The notes under the pieces: generated by a model
The model's database searches: none
What the model was told of the DNA's origin: nothing
The model's input: the letters and a program-made list of their open reading frames with translations, nothing else
Made by a program: the position numbers and the translations under genes
Shown: positions 1 through 13,519 of the stretch, piece after piece
Position numbering within the stretch: position 1 is the stretch's first letter
Layout of the letters: each line of letters opens with the position of its first letter
Assembly: GCA_951406725.2 (NCBI GenBank)
Contig: OX597820.1
Span: 64,542,001-64,606,000, forward strand
DNA: 64,000 nucleotides
Direction of reading: 5' to 3'
Origin: Octopus vulgaris
Lineage: Eukaryota

Positions 1-600
1 TGCTTAACAATTGCTAGCAAGCACTGTAGTTCTTGGCCATTTTTTGCAAATAGCTTCAATTCATCCATATAAAAAAAATATTTATATTTTTATAAAAGAT
101 TTTATAGCCATATTGTACATCATCGAGCAGTTGCGAAAGAAGCATTACTGCTAGACAACAGAGGAATGGGGATAGAATGTCACCCTAGAAAATGTCACAT
201 GAAATTCTTCGAGAGATTCATTGTCAATGTGATTTTCCATGATCTCGAATTTACAAATAAGAAGTTTCGCAGACTATGTTTTATTTTATGTATTTCCAAA
301 TATTTCTTAATCCAGCTATGTAGTAGATTATCAAAAACGTTTTTATAGTCTATACAGGCTATCGACAAGTTTTTGTGTTGTTTGTGACAATCTTCCAACA
401 TCATCTCATTGATGAGTAGTTGATCTTTACAAACTATAGTATCCACGTTTACGTCATTTTTCCTCATTAGGGAAGATGCCACGTTCTATCAAAAAACTAT
501 AGGTGTATTCATTCAAGACTCATGTTAGTATTATATAAATTGTTGTTAATCAGGTTATGGGTCTATAATATTTGGTCAATCACTTCATTTTTCATAAATG
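1..600 (-). mobile_element. Decayed R4/Dong-clade non-LTR retrotransposon, RT fragment
   Basis: Minus-strand pieces YRPIT..TTIY, CKDQLLINEMMLEDC..KNLSIACIDYKNVFD..HSWI, GDILSP.LCCL and FYMDELKLFAKN match the RT motif order of R4/Dong elements; stops and frameshifts present. Confidence 0.75.
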
Positions 601-720
601 GAAAAGTAACACCATTATTTAAAGTCATGGACTTCAGTTGACAAAAGATTCAGGACTATGGTGAAAGCAAAGAGTGGTGAGCTTGAATTGTAAGCATATT
701 TATTGACAATAATTTACATA

Positions 721-1132
721 GGAGTGGCTGTTTGGTAAGTAGCTTGCTAACCAGCCACATGGTTCCCGGTTCAGTCCCACTGCGTGGCATCTTGGGCAAC
801 TGTCTTCTGCTATAGCCCCGGGCCGACCAATGCCTTGTGAGTGGATTTGGTAGACGGAAACTGAAAGAAGCCTGTCGTATATATGTATATATATATATAA
901 GTGTGTGTGAATATGTTTGTGTGTCTGTGTTTGTTTCCCTAGCATTGCTTGACAACCGATGCTGGTGTGTTTACGTCCCCGTCACTTAGCGGTTCGGCAA
1001 AAGAGACCGATAGAATAAGTACTGGGCTTACAAAGAATAAGTCCCGGGGTCGATTTGCTCCTCGACTAAAGGCGGTGCTCCAGCATGGCCGCAGTCAAAT
1101 GACTGAAACAAGTAAAAAGAGTAAAAAGAGTA
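721..1132 (+). mobile_element. tRNA-derived SINE, family A (internal TA/TG microsatellite)
   Basis: A box TGGCTGTTTGG, B box GGTTCAGTCCC, internal (TA)n(TG)n, AAAAAGAGT tail; about 10 related copies in the window. Confidence 0.85.
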
Positions 1133-1341
1133 GAAGAGTATATTGTAAACATATGTGGAACATTGTCTATAAACACAAACGTTCAACCAGTAAACTTAAT
1201 TTTCATTTTATGATAAAATGAATAATGGATAAACATATGCCCAGCAATCGGTGATGCATATAAAACAACACACACAAACATGCTCACACACTCTCTCTCA
1301 CACATACATACACTAAAACAAACATATATATATATATATGT

Positions 1342-1387
1342 AATTCCTGAAGAGTGATAGTCGAGACAAGATATATTTAGTCGGACT
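1342..1387 (+). ncRNA. Degenerate hammerhead-like motif beside (TA)n
   Basis: CTGAAGA..GAGA (GAAA mutated), near-palindromic stem III, TC, weak stem I aattc/ggact. Confidence 0.3.
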
Positions 1388-2042
1388 AACGATTATGGAT
1401 TGTCTGTTTTATATATCAGAGTATACAGAAACACTCAAGTCTTTCAGCTTTTCCAAGAATACCTACTACCTCTTTTCACATACTTCTAACACTTTAAATG
1501 ATAATGTTGACGACAACGGCGATATTAACATTGTCGATGGCGGCAGCAGTGACGATGAAGATATAATGTGGCATATATAGTACTGGGTGTGAGTCACGTA
1601 TAAGATATATACAAACATTGGCAAGTGTGTTTGTTTAGATATGTGTTATGTATATATCTTTACTAGTATAGAATTTCATCGAAAATATTATTCCTTTCTT
1701 TTTAACCACTCGTATATTCCTCCCTCTGTCTCTATCTGCTGAGTTCTTCCTGAAATTTTACAGTGGGTTATGAATTTATTCAACGTGCTTTTAATTACAC
1801 ATATCCCTCTCACTATCCCATTCTTCAAATCTCGAATGAGACGCCACCTAGGTATGAAGGCAGGGAATTGTCATTTTCTCCTTTTTCTCCTTTCGGAGCT
1901 TGATAAAGAAACCACCTGTCCGAAAGGTAAGTTAGTGGAACTGTTAGAATATTCTGCAGATTCTTTACGGTACCTATGCTAGTCAAAATCCTTCTGAATT
2001 GCAAATCAGTCTGTTAATGAGAAATAACCTCATTTGTTTGGC

Positions 2043-2474
2043 TACTCTTTCTCTTTTACTCCTTTTCTTGTTTCAGTCATTTGACTGTAGCTATGCTGGA
2101 GCACCGCCTTTAGTCGAGAAAATCGACCCCAGGACTTCTTTTTTGTAAGCCTAGTACTTATTATATCGGTATCTTTTGCCGAACTGCTATGTTACTGGGA
2201 TATAAACACACCCGCATCGGTTGACAAGCGATGTTGCGGGGACAAACACAGACACAAAAACACATACACACACATACATATATATATACATATATATATA
2301 TATACATATATACGATGGGCTTCCTTCACTTTCCGTCTACCAAATCCACTCACAAGGTTTTGGACGACTCGAGGCTATAGGAGAAGACACTTGCCCAAGG
2401 TACCACGCAGTGGGAATGAACCCGGAACCATGTGGTTGGTAAGCAAGCTACTTACCACACAGCCACTTCTGCGC
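2043..2474 (-). mobile_element. SINE family A
   Basis: Reverse-complement match to 721-1132. Confidence 0.85.
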
Positions 2475-2879
2475 TAGTTAAATAAAGTGACATAGACTCA
2501 AGTGATTTCACATTGTTGTTATGAAGAGGCATTGTTAAGATGTGGGACACAAAGTGCTAAGCAAATAAATCTAAAATGATGGTATTAGTGATATAACATA
2601 AACGACGGCGTCCTAACTACTAGAAAATTCTTAAGTGTGGTTCTAAATATTTTCTGGAGCTTAGTGAATGGGCCACAATACGTATATGTTTACATACCTA
2701 CCTCTCATACTTCCAAAATTTAATAGAAGAAACGTGATTGGGTGTGCTGGTATAAGTAGTCAGCATACTTTGACTTTAGCCCATTTTCGATTCCTCTGGT
2801 AACGCTGTGTTGGCTTATATTTTCAGATATTAATTTCACTGGTATATTATAAGGTTTTTTTGTTTGATCTAAATATATT

Positions 2880-3300
2880 ATCACAATAGAAACGATTGTC
2901 GGTAATGTATGGTGTAATCATAAATTACAAATGTGTTTTTCTCCATTATTGTTCCCTTATAATTCGAATTTCTTTAACGTCTTCTAAGCGATATTTCGAT
3001 CTATTTGTTTATCTGACGAATTACTTTAGATGTCGATGCTACATGAATTTATTGGTGTCAGATTCTTTGATATAGTTAACCAAATTCGTTTAAGACTGAG
3101 TGCTTTCTAGATATTTGCCTGGATATATAATAGATAAAAACAGTTAATAATTAATATATGTATAGAAAAACTGGATGCCCATATTTCACATATAATCCGT
3201 TAGCCTTCAACACAAAGCTGGCACGTGCTCTCTCCTTGTCAACACAACACTCTCATTCAGTCGTTCATAAAAGGTACTGAATATCAAAAATTTTATCCTA
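2880..3300 (+). mobile_element. Possible highly decayed PLE RT fragment
   Basis: Residual FLDI...YRK motif across frames; heavily interrupted. Confidence 0.3.
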
Positions 3301-3770
3301 CACTGAGCGTTCTAAATTAATTAGAAGACAATGATAATATCACTAGAAAGAACGAACACATGAACTCAATAATAACACCTCACCACATTTCATCATTTGC
3401 AATATACCTCTCAGTTCACTCGAAAAGACTATATTCAGGCCAATCGATCTGCCGTACTTTACTTATACATAATTTATGCAATCCCAATAAGATTAAAAGC
3501 AAATCGATCCCTCCGGGATTTTGATTGCAAAGATAAATGACAAAAACTAGATAGAGCATGACATTTGTCTAGCGCTCTTTTCAAACTGTGATGCAGAAAT
3601 TGGCATTGGCTTGAAGCCCAAATGTCTTGCAGACTAAGAAATCAAACTGCAATATATATATATATTACTGGTACGTATTTCATCGATTCTCGAATGTTGA
3701 GAGTTTACGATGGAACTCACGGTATTTAATCAATGACTAGAAAGTGATGCGTAAATTGGTACTACCAAAT

Positions 3771-3771
<1 letters not shown>

Positions 3772-3813
<42 letters not shown>
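3772..3813. repeat. (TAG)n microsatellite
   Basis: Direct reading. Confidence 0.95.
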
Positions 3814-5154
3814 ATGCACATCGTAAATCGTAAATACATCACACGGTGATCTACACGATGTGTTTAGCCATATTTTTCATTGAAATGTTAAAAGTCAAGC
3901 TTGAATATTTTTTTCTCTCACATTATTTATTGAAGGCTACAAACTTGTATTGTTGTGGTTATCCTGGTCTCTGTTAACCATGCAGTCTTCGAAGTCATCA
4001 TTGTTTTCTGACTCAGATAGTTTACCTGTTAGTTCCATTCAGTAAACCAGCAACGATGTATAGAGAATTTTCTCTTGGCTGGAGATGTTAAACAGCAATC
4101 ATAAACCGTATAAAAAAACACTATGAGAAATTATATCGAACGTTAACGGTTCTTTCTCTATTTTTGAACTTTCTTTCTCTATTTTTGAACCCATCTCAAA
4201 ACCCGTGTCCCATATGATGTATATAGCATAAATTTCGGCATATGTGTAATATTTGACTTTAGATTCGTGCAGCTTATCGATAGACACTTATCACCATGCT
4301 TCAGAACTTAAAATCTTATGCAGTCTTTCAGTTATCTTTAATTTAACCTCAAAATTTGTTTGTTTCGTCATTACAATTAAATCTTAATTATTTCGATCTA
4401 CAGCTCTGGTATCTAAATCCGCTTCCAGTTCCAGCAGCCTAGCTGCCATTGTACAAAAAGTTCTGCTTTGATTTCGTTACTGACTGAAGTAATTCCTCCT
4501 ATTTTTGCCAATCACGTATCGTTTTCTCAGATGGAGGAGACTGAAAATGCCTTGCAGCATCTCTGTTGCCATTTTTCTGTGGAAGTCACATTGCGTGTGA
4601 CTTATAAGTAATTGTACATGCATATCTTCTCTATGACTCAATTATGTCGGTGTAATGGGAGTGGTAATATGAAACTTGTAAACTTGAATGAATGTTCAAC
4701 GAACAATAAATTCTTTACGGCTATCAATTAAGCAAGTATTGTATGGAAAGTTAAACCATTTTATGAAGAAATTCTGTTTTTCGTGCATATACCATCGTTG
4801 TCATTTAGTTTTCTACTTGACTGATGCTATTTTATATGAAATAATATTAATATCTATTGTCCCTTAGAACACACAAATAACTCGGGAAAGTACTTTTCCA
4901 AGATACCTTTACAGTTCATTTCATAGTGTACTGCTATTATGGAAACTCTACTCTGCTAGTAACCAAAATATTGACTATATGGCTAAAAGAAAAGGTAAGT
5001 TTCTAGGATATTAATTTTGACAAAACGATCGCCTTCTATGATATCAAATACATTTTCGCTGGATCCCAGAAGAAATTTAAGGTTTGCAGTTAACAAGAAA
5101 CTCTAACTTGTACCAGGCAAAGTGGTTAATCTTCAACTCAGAAAATACACACAT

Positions 5155-5232
5155 AAATATATATACATATATATATACATACATACATATATATGTATAT
5201 ATATATACACACACACATAAATACATACATAC

Positions 5233-5267
<35 letters not shown>

Positions 5268-5312
5268 TGTATGTATGTATGTATGTATGTATGTATGTAT
5301 GTATGTATGTGT
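5155..5312. repeat. (TA)/(TACA)/(TATG)n compound microsatellite
   Basis: Direct reading. Confidence 0.95.
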
Positions 5313-5695
5313 GTGCCTGTGCGCGTGTATCTGTGCGTCTATGTGTTTATTTGTGTGTGTCTGTGTCTGTGTATCTATATAAGTATGTTTAGATATGTAT
5401 GTATCTCGTCTATCTCACGTGGCTTCTTGAAATTCCATTGAAATCATCTTGACGTCATACACTCATCCGTTATTAAAGAAAGCAGGCTTGATTCAACATA
5501 TACCGTTTGTGGATAAACCTATTCAATGATTATAGAAATACAAGTGAGCTGAAATTTCATCAACAACCAATATTGTAAACATATTTATTTTAAATTTTAA
5601 TAGAAGGCCAGTAAATAATGGAGCTGAGGAGAGTATACTTCACTGGAATGGCTGTAGCGTGTGCATACAATCACTTCCATGATCGCCTACAGATG

Positions 5696-5998
5696 TGTTA
5701 TGTCGCAATACTTCACAGGGACTGTGTGAGCTATGAAAACCTCGTCGCCACTGTTTTGTCGCAATACTACACAGTGGCTGTAGTGCCTCCACTACTTAAC
5801 TCGACTCTGCTCTCTAGTCTTGACTCTCATCGCTACTACTCTGCTCTAGACGTCTAGGCTTCTCCCTCTATATTTACGTATTGAACTAGCCTACCTCGTC
5901 GTCTGGGGGCGTCCACACAACAAGATGGGAAACAAAACCTTCCCTCTAAGCAGAATTGTCAGAATTATTAAAACGCTTCTATGTTATAAACGTTAACA
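5696..5998 (-). mobile_element. LTR retrotransposon remnant: putative short LTR plus primer-binding site
   Basis: Minus strand ...GACAAAACA g TGGCGACGAGG (5740-5750), complementary to a tRNA-Ser(GCU)-type 3' end CCUCGUCGCCA; the putative LTR end is repeated at 5696-5718 and 5752-5774; no TSD found. Confidence 0.45.
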
Positions 5999-6652
5999 TA
6001 TTATGACCTTTTATTAGTGCAGAATCGAGATAAAATACGAACCAATCTTGTAATGTAGCCGTTATTATCAACTGCTGTAGTTTATCACCGGCATCTGCGT
6101 ACATGTGTTCGACTGACCCCTTGATAGTAGGCTTTCTTCTGATATAAAATTATGGGAACTTACAGTCAAGACATCCAAATATATTAAGTAATCATTCGCG
6201 CGAGATTATTACTTCGGTCAAAAGAAGTTTTGTTTTAACTGGAGAGGTTTTACTTCAGACGTTGGTGTAAAGATTACTATCATATAAATACCAAAATGCA
6301 ATCGATTTCACCCTGTTAATGGTACTTCTGATTCTTACCTCACATTAGAGATTTTGGGAAATTTTTTAGAATTCCAGAATACTTTAAATAAATTTGTTCT
6401 CAGCTTTTTTTCTTCCTTACCTTCCTCTTCTTGATATTTCTATCTTTCTCCGTTGCTCTCACATATTTCTCCGTTCTCCAACACAATCCTCATTCTTACT
6501 TACATGCTCGGTAAATTAAAAACGCACCAAGTTTTCTTCAGTAGCCACTCACTCGTCACTCTCTCTCTCGCTCTCGCTCTCTACTCTCTATCTTCTTGCT
6601 TCTATATATCTCTGTCTCTATATACAAATATGCATAGACGTGAACGAATGCG

Positions 6653-6657
<5 letters not shown>

Positions 6658-6719
<62 letters not shown>

Positions 6720-7146
6720 AATGTATGTACATACACACATAAACTCGTACACACACATGCATACACACACACACATATATATATACGCATGAATGTATGT
6801 ATATATGCAAAAAAGCATATATACGTATCTGTATTTCTCCGCTTGTGCGAGTGTACTTATGAGCGTAGGGGGCATGTGTGTTTTTTTGGTGTGTGCAAAG
6901 ATTACAATATATTACTTCCCCACTTCGTTTCGCAGCACACGCTACGCATCTCCAATCTTTATTCAATTTTCAGTTAATTCTTTTAAATCACTCACTCATT
7001 CACTCAATCCCTCCTTTCCTCACTCTCACTCGCCTTCACTCCATCCTCCCTTTCCTATTGGTTTCCCTTTCAATAATTGTCTCTTATTTTCTAAAATGTC
7101 ACTGAAAAATTATTTACAGTGGCCGCCACACCTACTCTCTGAAAAC

Positions 7147-7225
<79 letters not shown>

Positions 7226-7380
7226 TATGTATGTATGTATGTATGTATGTATGTATGTATGTATATATGGGGGAGTGTGTTGCGGTCTGTATGTGTGCGA
7301 ATGGGTGATGTATATTATATATGTATATATATATAATTATATATACATATATAATTACACACACACACACACACATATAT

Positions 7381-7465
<85 letters not shown>
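6658..7465. repeat. Cluster of long (TA)n, (TATG)n, (CA)n tracts
   Basis: Direct reading (about 6658-6716, 7152-7265, 7357-7465). Confidence 0.95.
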
Positions 7466-7467
<2 letters not shown>

Positions 7468-8212
7468 TGTATATCATATACGTGCGTCAGTGTGTGTATT
7501 TCCGTGAGTATAAACACTCACATGTTGTGTATGAATGTGTTAGTTCGAAAGTATATATGTATGCTCGCATCCTTGCGCGGATGCATTCACTTCAAAGTTA
7601 CCGTTATCTGTTCCAAGATACGGCAAAGTGGACACAGGCTTTTGTGTTTAAGATGAAAGCTAGTATCATAGGATATCTCCAAAATTAATGAAGATAAAGA
7701 AAAAAAAACGATGTACAAAGGAACCTTACCAAAACAAACTAGCATATAAAAGAGAGCATAGACAATCCAACACAACTAACAACAAACCTCTTCTAATATA
7801 TCCATAATAAACTATAATTTCTAACAAAAGGTTATAGTTTTAGAATATTATTATATTTGCCTTGAATTCCTTCTGTGTTTACACACCATTTGCTTCCTGA
7901 GATAATTTGTAGCAATTCAATTTTCGCTTTCATATCATTGTAACGATACAATATCGAATCATATACATAAATAAATAAATATAATGAAATTTGGGGTTTT
8001 ATTTGGTTAGTGGCGGTGGAGGCTTCTTTTTGCCTGTTAATGATAATTATCGTTTATTTGTCTTTAATTTGTTTCGTTACGATGAAAAAAAAAAAAAAGA
8101 AATATTGTCGCAAGAGAAAGAGATTTGATAATTTTTGAATATAAAGCTTTGAAATCGTAACTAAGCATTCGTGTGAAGAATGAGAGAGACGGATAGACAC
8201 AAAGAATGACAT

Positions 8213-8285
<73 letters not shown>
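8213..8285. repeat. (GAAA)n microsatellite
   Basis: Direct reading. Confidence 0.95.
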
Positions 8286-8287
<2 letters not shown>

Positions 8288-8728
8288 GAGATGAGTAAAT
8301 AAAGAAAGAATGAGAGAAATAAAAAAAGGTGGGATATATGTCAAACAAGAAAGTAAGAAAGAGAGGAAGAGAAGGAGAGGGAAGAGAAGAAACAAGGGAA
8401 ATAGAATTAGTGTGTGTGTGTGTGTATTTATGTGTTTATGTCTGTGTGAAAGAGAGACAGAAAGAGAGAGCAATAAACAACAATATCCATACAGTGATAG
8501 GCAGAAATGAAGTTAGAGTAATCTACATACCTATGAATTTGTACATATGTGTGTGTGAATGTGGTTGGTGCGTGTGCGTGTGGTAGGTGTATATATATAT
8601 ATATTATTTAATGTAAACTGTATTAAAATAAGGGCTACTAATAGTTCCTTGCTATTAAGACACGCATATGACAGGTATTATAACGCCAATCTGCGGGTGG
8701 TGAGAAGCACGGGGTTATAGTTAATTTG

Positions 8729-8920
<192 letters not shown>

Positions 8921-10424
8921 ACACATACATATCGGAAGTGTTTAAATTCAGTTGAATTAGTTACTGACGTTGAGGCACAAACTCTGTCCAGTATCGTCCG
9001 CACAGCATGACGTTAGGTAAATAAAAAGTAAATAAGCAACGACGTCTAGGTATCAGTGCATTACGGCCGTTTCAAGTGGCTCCATTTAATTAATACTAGC
9101 ATTACACCAATTTGACATAAGCCGCGTACGACTGCATAGGTTTTCAACACACAGGATACTCCACTACAATTTTTTTAGCAAATTGTTTCATCAATGCTAG
9201 AGACTGAAATGCATTGCTTCATTCTGCTATTATTGTAGCAGAATGAACTAAAGAAAATACCTAAATCTTTACTATAAATTAGAATGGCAGAAGGGAATAA
9301 TGGGAGACAATAAAGAAGAATGGTGATATAGCTCATCCTTGTCACATTCAGCAGAACCAATGCAGCTAATAGTCTACATCCCCTTAGAATTAAAACCATT
9401 GGAAATTGAGAGTTAAGTTCTTGTTTTGGGGGATAAATTGATGTGTGTACGCATATATGTGTCTATCTAAAATTAAAAATCGGAAACGCTCAGAAATTAA
9501 CGAAATATCAATGGCTGTAGAAACTTTGCCTTCCAGAAGGTTTCTAAAAACATAAACAACGAACAGAACACAAAATTAGAAGTAATAGAAATGAGTGAAC
9601 GATACAAACAGTTTAAACACTGATCACGGAAAAAAACTTATGACAAATAATTTTTTATGCCAGAGAAATCACTATTTTAAAGAGCAATTATGATGCAAAT
9701 CGATGGAAAAAACACAGGCATAATGTTAATTCTGATCAATCAATTTGCTATCGAACAACCAGCAAAAATTGAACTGAATTGAATGCATTACCTTGCAATT
9801 GTTATGTGCGAGTATCAGAGACTGATAATAATTTAAAATATAAATGAAAAGAAAAATTGAATTGTTATACCTATCTTTCAAAAGAGAACAAGATCCCTCA
9901 AAATATCGACAATCACAAGAAAGCATCGGACAATTGGATATTGACAATAGATGTACACGAGTAACGAACTCCCGAAATACCAGCTGCAATTTTCTGATGC
10001 GACAGCCAATCTTTATGAGAATTGCAAGGAAGAAACATTGAAATCTAGAAAAATATTTTTTTAAATGCTGCTTTAAGATATGATGGACTTGGGGTGATTC
10101 AAACTCCATAAAAAAATTGCAAAAACAGAGATATCAATAGTTAGTTTGTATTTCAGCCACAAATTCTTCATCGCAGGTTGAAAGACTATACCATACAAAT
10201 TGTTATGCTAATACTTGAAATGATTTGAGTTTAAATAAAACGACCATGATGCACTTTCGGTAGATGAGGTCCAGAGTAAATATCTATAAAGTTTTCTAAA
10301 ACACATCAGGTCACTAGACAATCTCTCCTAGCCACCGTTGGAATTCTATCAAAGTAAAACCTACGGCGAGAGATTTGATAACAGGTTATGAGTAAATGAA
10401 GTACATGTACTTCAAGAAAATTCT

Positions 10425-10680
10425 CTTATTCTTTTATTCTTCTACTTTTTTCAGTTATTTGAATGCGGCCATGCTGGAGCATCGCCTTTAGTCGAGCAAA
10501 TCGACCCCAGGTCTTATTCTTTGTAAGCCTAGTACTTATTCTATCGGTCTATTTTACCGAACCACTAGGTTACGGGGACGTAAACACACCAACATTGGTT
10601 GTCAAGCGATTTTGGGGAGGGGGGCGAACACAGATACACAAACATGCATATACATGCATATATATATATATATATATATA
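10425..10680 (-). mobile_element. SINE family A, 3' half (split by PLE insertions; continues at 12975-13017)
   Basis: Matches family A up to its internal (TA)n; the continuation acgaagggcttc..ccgtctaccaaatccact appears at about 12978. Confidence 0.8.
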
Positions 10681-11066
10681 TGACTTTGTGTTAATATATG
10701 GCGTGCAGTTCGACAAATTATATTTCATGACGAATCTCACTGATGATCTGTAGATTTATTGTGTAAGTTAAATTGCATAATTTAGTAACAGTGAAACAAT
10801 TGTCTGGGGTTAATCTAGATTTTTCATTTGTCCTGCTCGTTTACGTTCATAGTTGTGCTAAATTTTTCTTGAGAACAATTCTTTGTGTTTGAGATAATTG
10901 CGGATCTATTTTTAGCGTAAGAGAGTTCATATAGTGGATTCTCTCTCATATTTGTGTAATAATATTTACTGAATCTCAGTTTTTTTTATATGCGCTAAAA
11001 CACTTGGTGTTAAATTGATGCTATTAAATTAATATCCAATTTGTTCACCCTTATTTTGATTTTAAT
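10681..11066 (+). mobile_element. Solo PLE pseudo-LTR-like element in (TA)n
   Basis: Bounded by (TA)n on both sides, contains a canonical hammerhead core and a T-rich tail. Confidence 0.6.
10733..10811 (+). ncRNA. Type I hammerhead ribozyme motif
   Basis: Stem I aatctca/tggggtt, CTGATGA, long stem II ctgt..acag (U-U at its base), GAAA, palindromic stem III acaattgt, cleavage triplet GTC (after 10804). Confidence 0.75.
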
Positions 11067-11220
11067 TATATATATATATATATATATAAAATAGTAAAGA
11101 GTGAAAAAACGACAGAAGGCTTAAATGTTAAAAAATATATATATTTGCGTCAATATGTCTGAAGAATATTAGAAAATTTTTTAAACAAATTTTTTTTCCT
11201 TTATAATGACATAATTTTTA

Positions 11221-11259
11221 AAGAAAGACCGGTTTCGCATTTAGCTTTTCAAATTTCTT
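11221..11259 (-). ncRNA. Minimal hammerhead variant (inverted copy)
   Basis: Reverse complement of 12701-12739. Confidence 0.6.
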
Positions 11260-11488
11260 GTGACGTTATGTTTATGTTTAATAGAGTTATCCTTGTGTTT
11301 AAGCTGCGGAGAGTTCTAAATAAGGGAAGGTAGTGAGTGATTTCTTCCGGTGTAAGGGAGATAATCGCTTAAAATTTTTTCCTTTCCCTTAATGTGAATT
11401 TCTCTGTATCAGTATGTTCGGATGGTTGAGTCTGGGCTTGTACTTTTCAATGAAGAATGTTTCCTTGTTTAGTCTAATTTGTGTTGAT

Positions 11489-12569
11489 GATCCGATTCTT
11501 AGACGATTGTTTTATTCTCTGGAATGAAAACACAGATAAACTCCTAAAATTTAAAATCCTATTGAACAGCATAAACCCAAATATACAGTTCACAATGGAA
11601 TACAACCAAAAGGAGCTCCCGTTCTTGGATATACTAATTAAAAAAATTAACCTTAAATTAGAAACAGACATTTTCTACAAAGCCACAGACGCCAAACAAT
11701 ACCTTCTCTTTAATTCATGCCACCCAAGACACACTAAAACAAACATCCCCTTCAACCTTGCAAGAAGGATATGCACAATAGTGTCAGAACAAAATACCAG
11801 GAACTTTAAACTGCAAGAACTCAAAAACACCCTAATTGACAGACATTACCCAGCTCAACTCATAGAGGATGGGATCAGACGTGCAACAGAAATCAACATA
11901 GAAACTTTAAGAAAAGTTCAACACAACAACACACCTTCCCCGAAAATACTACCTTACATATCTACATACAACCCCAGAAACAAAGAAGCCTTCACCATCA
12001 TCACCCAGAATTTACCAATACTTCATAAAAACCCAAAATTAAAGGAAATTCTAAACATACACCAAATCATTAAAAGCTACAAACAGCCTAAATCACTTAA
12101 ATTGATTCTCACAAAGGCAAAATTGTTTTCTGAAATTACGGATGCAAAAGTAAAAAAATGTGGTAGATCGAACTGTGCAACATGTCCTAACCTGCTGGAA
12201 GGATCAGAATTCCTCTTTAAAGAGGGACAGCAATTCAAGATCAAATCTAACTTTACTTGTGCCTCTGAAAACATAATTTATGTCATAAAATGCTCGGGCT
12301 GCCACCAAGACTACGTGGGTTCCACGGGACTATCACTCAGACGTAGATGCACACTGCATCGACAACTGATTGCATTCCCAGAATATAGAATGATACCTTG
12401 TAGTGAGCACATTGAGAAATGCGCAAAGCAACTACTACCACAATTTTTAATCTTTCCATTTTACCAATCATCAACACAAATTAGACTAAACAAGGAAACA
12501 TTCTTCATTGAAAAGTACAAGCCCAGACTCAACCATCCGACCATACTGATACAGAGAAATTCACATTAA
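11489..12569 (+). CDS. PLE polyprotein fragment: RT palm/thumb, Cys linker, GIY-YIG endonuclease
   Basis: RFLDDCF, LPFLDI, YKATD..YL.FNSCHP, CGRSNCATC linker, NIIYVIKC..C...YVGSTG..LRRR; 5'-truncated, and the annotated GTG start lies in the inverted arm. Confidence 0.9.
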
Positions 12570-12700
12570 GGGAAAGGAAAAAAAATTTTAAGCGATTATC
12601 TCCCCTACACCGGAAGAAATCACTCACTACCTTCCCTTATTTAGAACTCTCCGCAGCTTAAACACAAGGATAACTCTATTAAACATAAACATAACGTCAC

Positions 12701-12739
12701 AAGAAATTTGAAAAGCTAAATGCGAAACCGGTCTTTCTT
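12701..12739 (+). ncRNA. Minimal hammerhead variant (U3/A8) in PLE pLTR
   Basis: aagaaa t TTGAAAA gc-taaat-gc GAAA ccgg TC tttctt: compensatory C3U/G8A, 2-bp stem II, palindromic stem III accggt. Confidence 0.6.
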
Positions 12740-12911
12740 TAAAAATTGTCATTATAAAGGAAAAAAAATTGTTTAAAAAATTTTCTAATATTCTTCAGAC
12801 ATATTGACGCAAATATATATATTTTTTAACATTTAAGCCTTCTGTCGTTTTTTCACTCTTTACTATTTTTTATATATTCACCCACGTGCTTTCACAAACC
12901 AACTTTCTTAT

Positions 12912-12978
<67 letters not shown>

Positions 12979-13139
12979 CGAAGGGCTTCTCTGGGGTTCC
13001 GTCTACCAAATCCACTAAAAATATTTGAGGCATTGTTGAACAGTCTCTAATGCCGGTCAAAACAATGTTGAACATTGTCTATTGTCGGATTGCTAGACTT
13101 TATGAAGATGTTCGGGAATTTCCTGTATATTCTTTTCTA

Positions 13140-13346
13140 ATCTAGGCACAAGGCCTAAAATTTTTTGGTGGGGGAGGCCAGTCGACTATATCGACCCCAG
13201 TACGTAACTGTTACCTAATCTATCGACCCCGAAAGGATGAAACGCAAATTCGACCTCGGTGGAATTTGAACACAGAACGTAAAGGCAGACGAAATACCGC
13301 TTAGCATCTCGCTCGGCGTTCTAACGTTTCTGCCACCTCGCCGCCT
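13140..13346 (-). mobile_element. tRNA-derived SINE, family B
   Basis: Minus strand aggcggcgaggtggcagaaacgttag..gttcaaattcc..tttcatcctttcggggtcgat; multiple copies in the window. Confidence 0.85.
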
Positions 13347-13519
13347 TACAATGTCTTGGATACCAGAAAAATCATTCTTTGAAGACATCCTACTTGCTGT
13401 GGTTGACGATAACAAATAATTACAACTTGGGACACACTGCCTTCAGTAAAGAAAGGAATCAAATACAAAAGTAACATGAAATTAAATAAGTCTAGAAAAA
13501 TTTCAAAGCGAGAGCTAGT

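Larger units (their letters stand above)
11088..12913 (+). mobile_element. 5'-truncated Penelope-like element (Neptune type) with inverted copy of its 3' end
   Basis: 11088-11491 is the near-identical reverse complement of 12467-12869; flanked by (TA)n; encodes RT C-terminus plus GIY-YIG. Confidence 0.92.
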
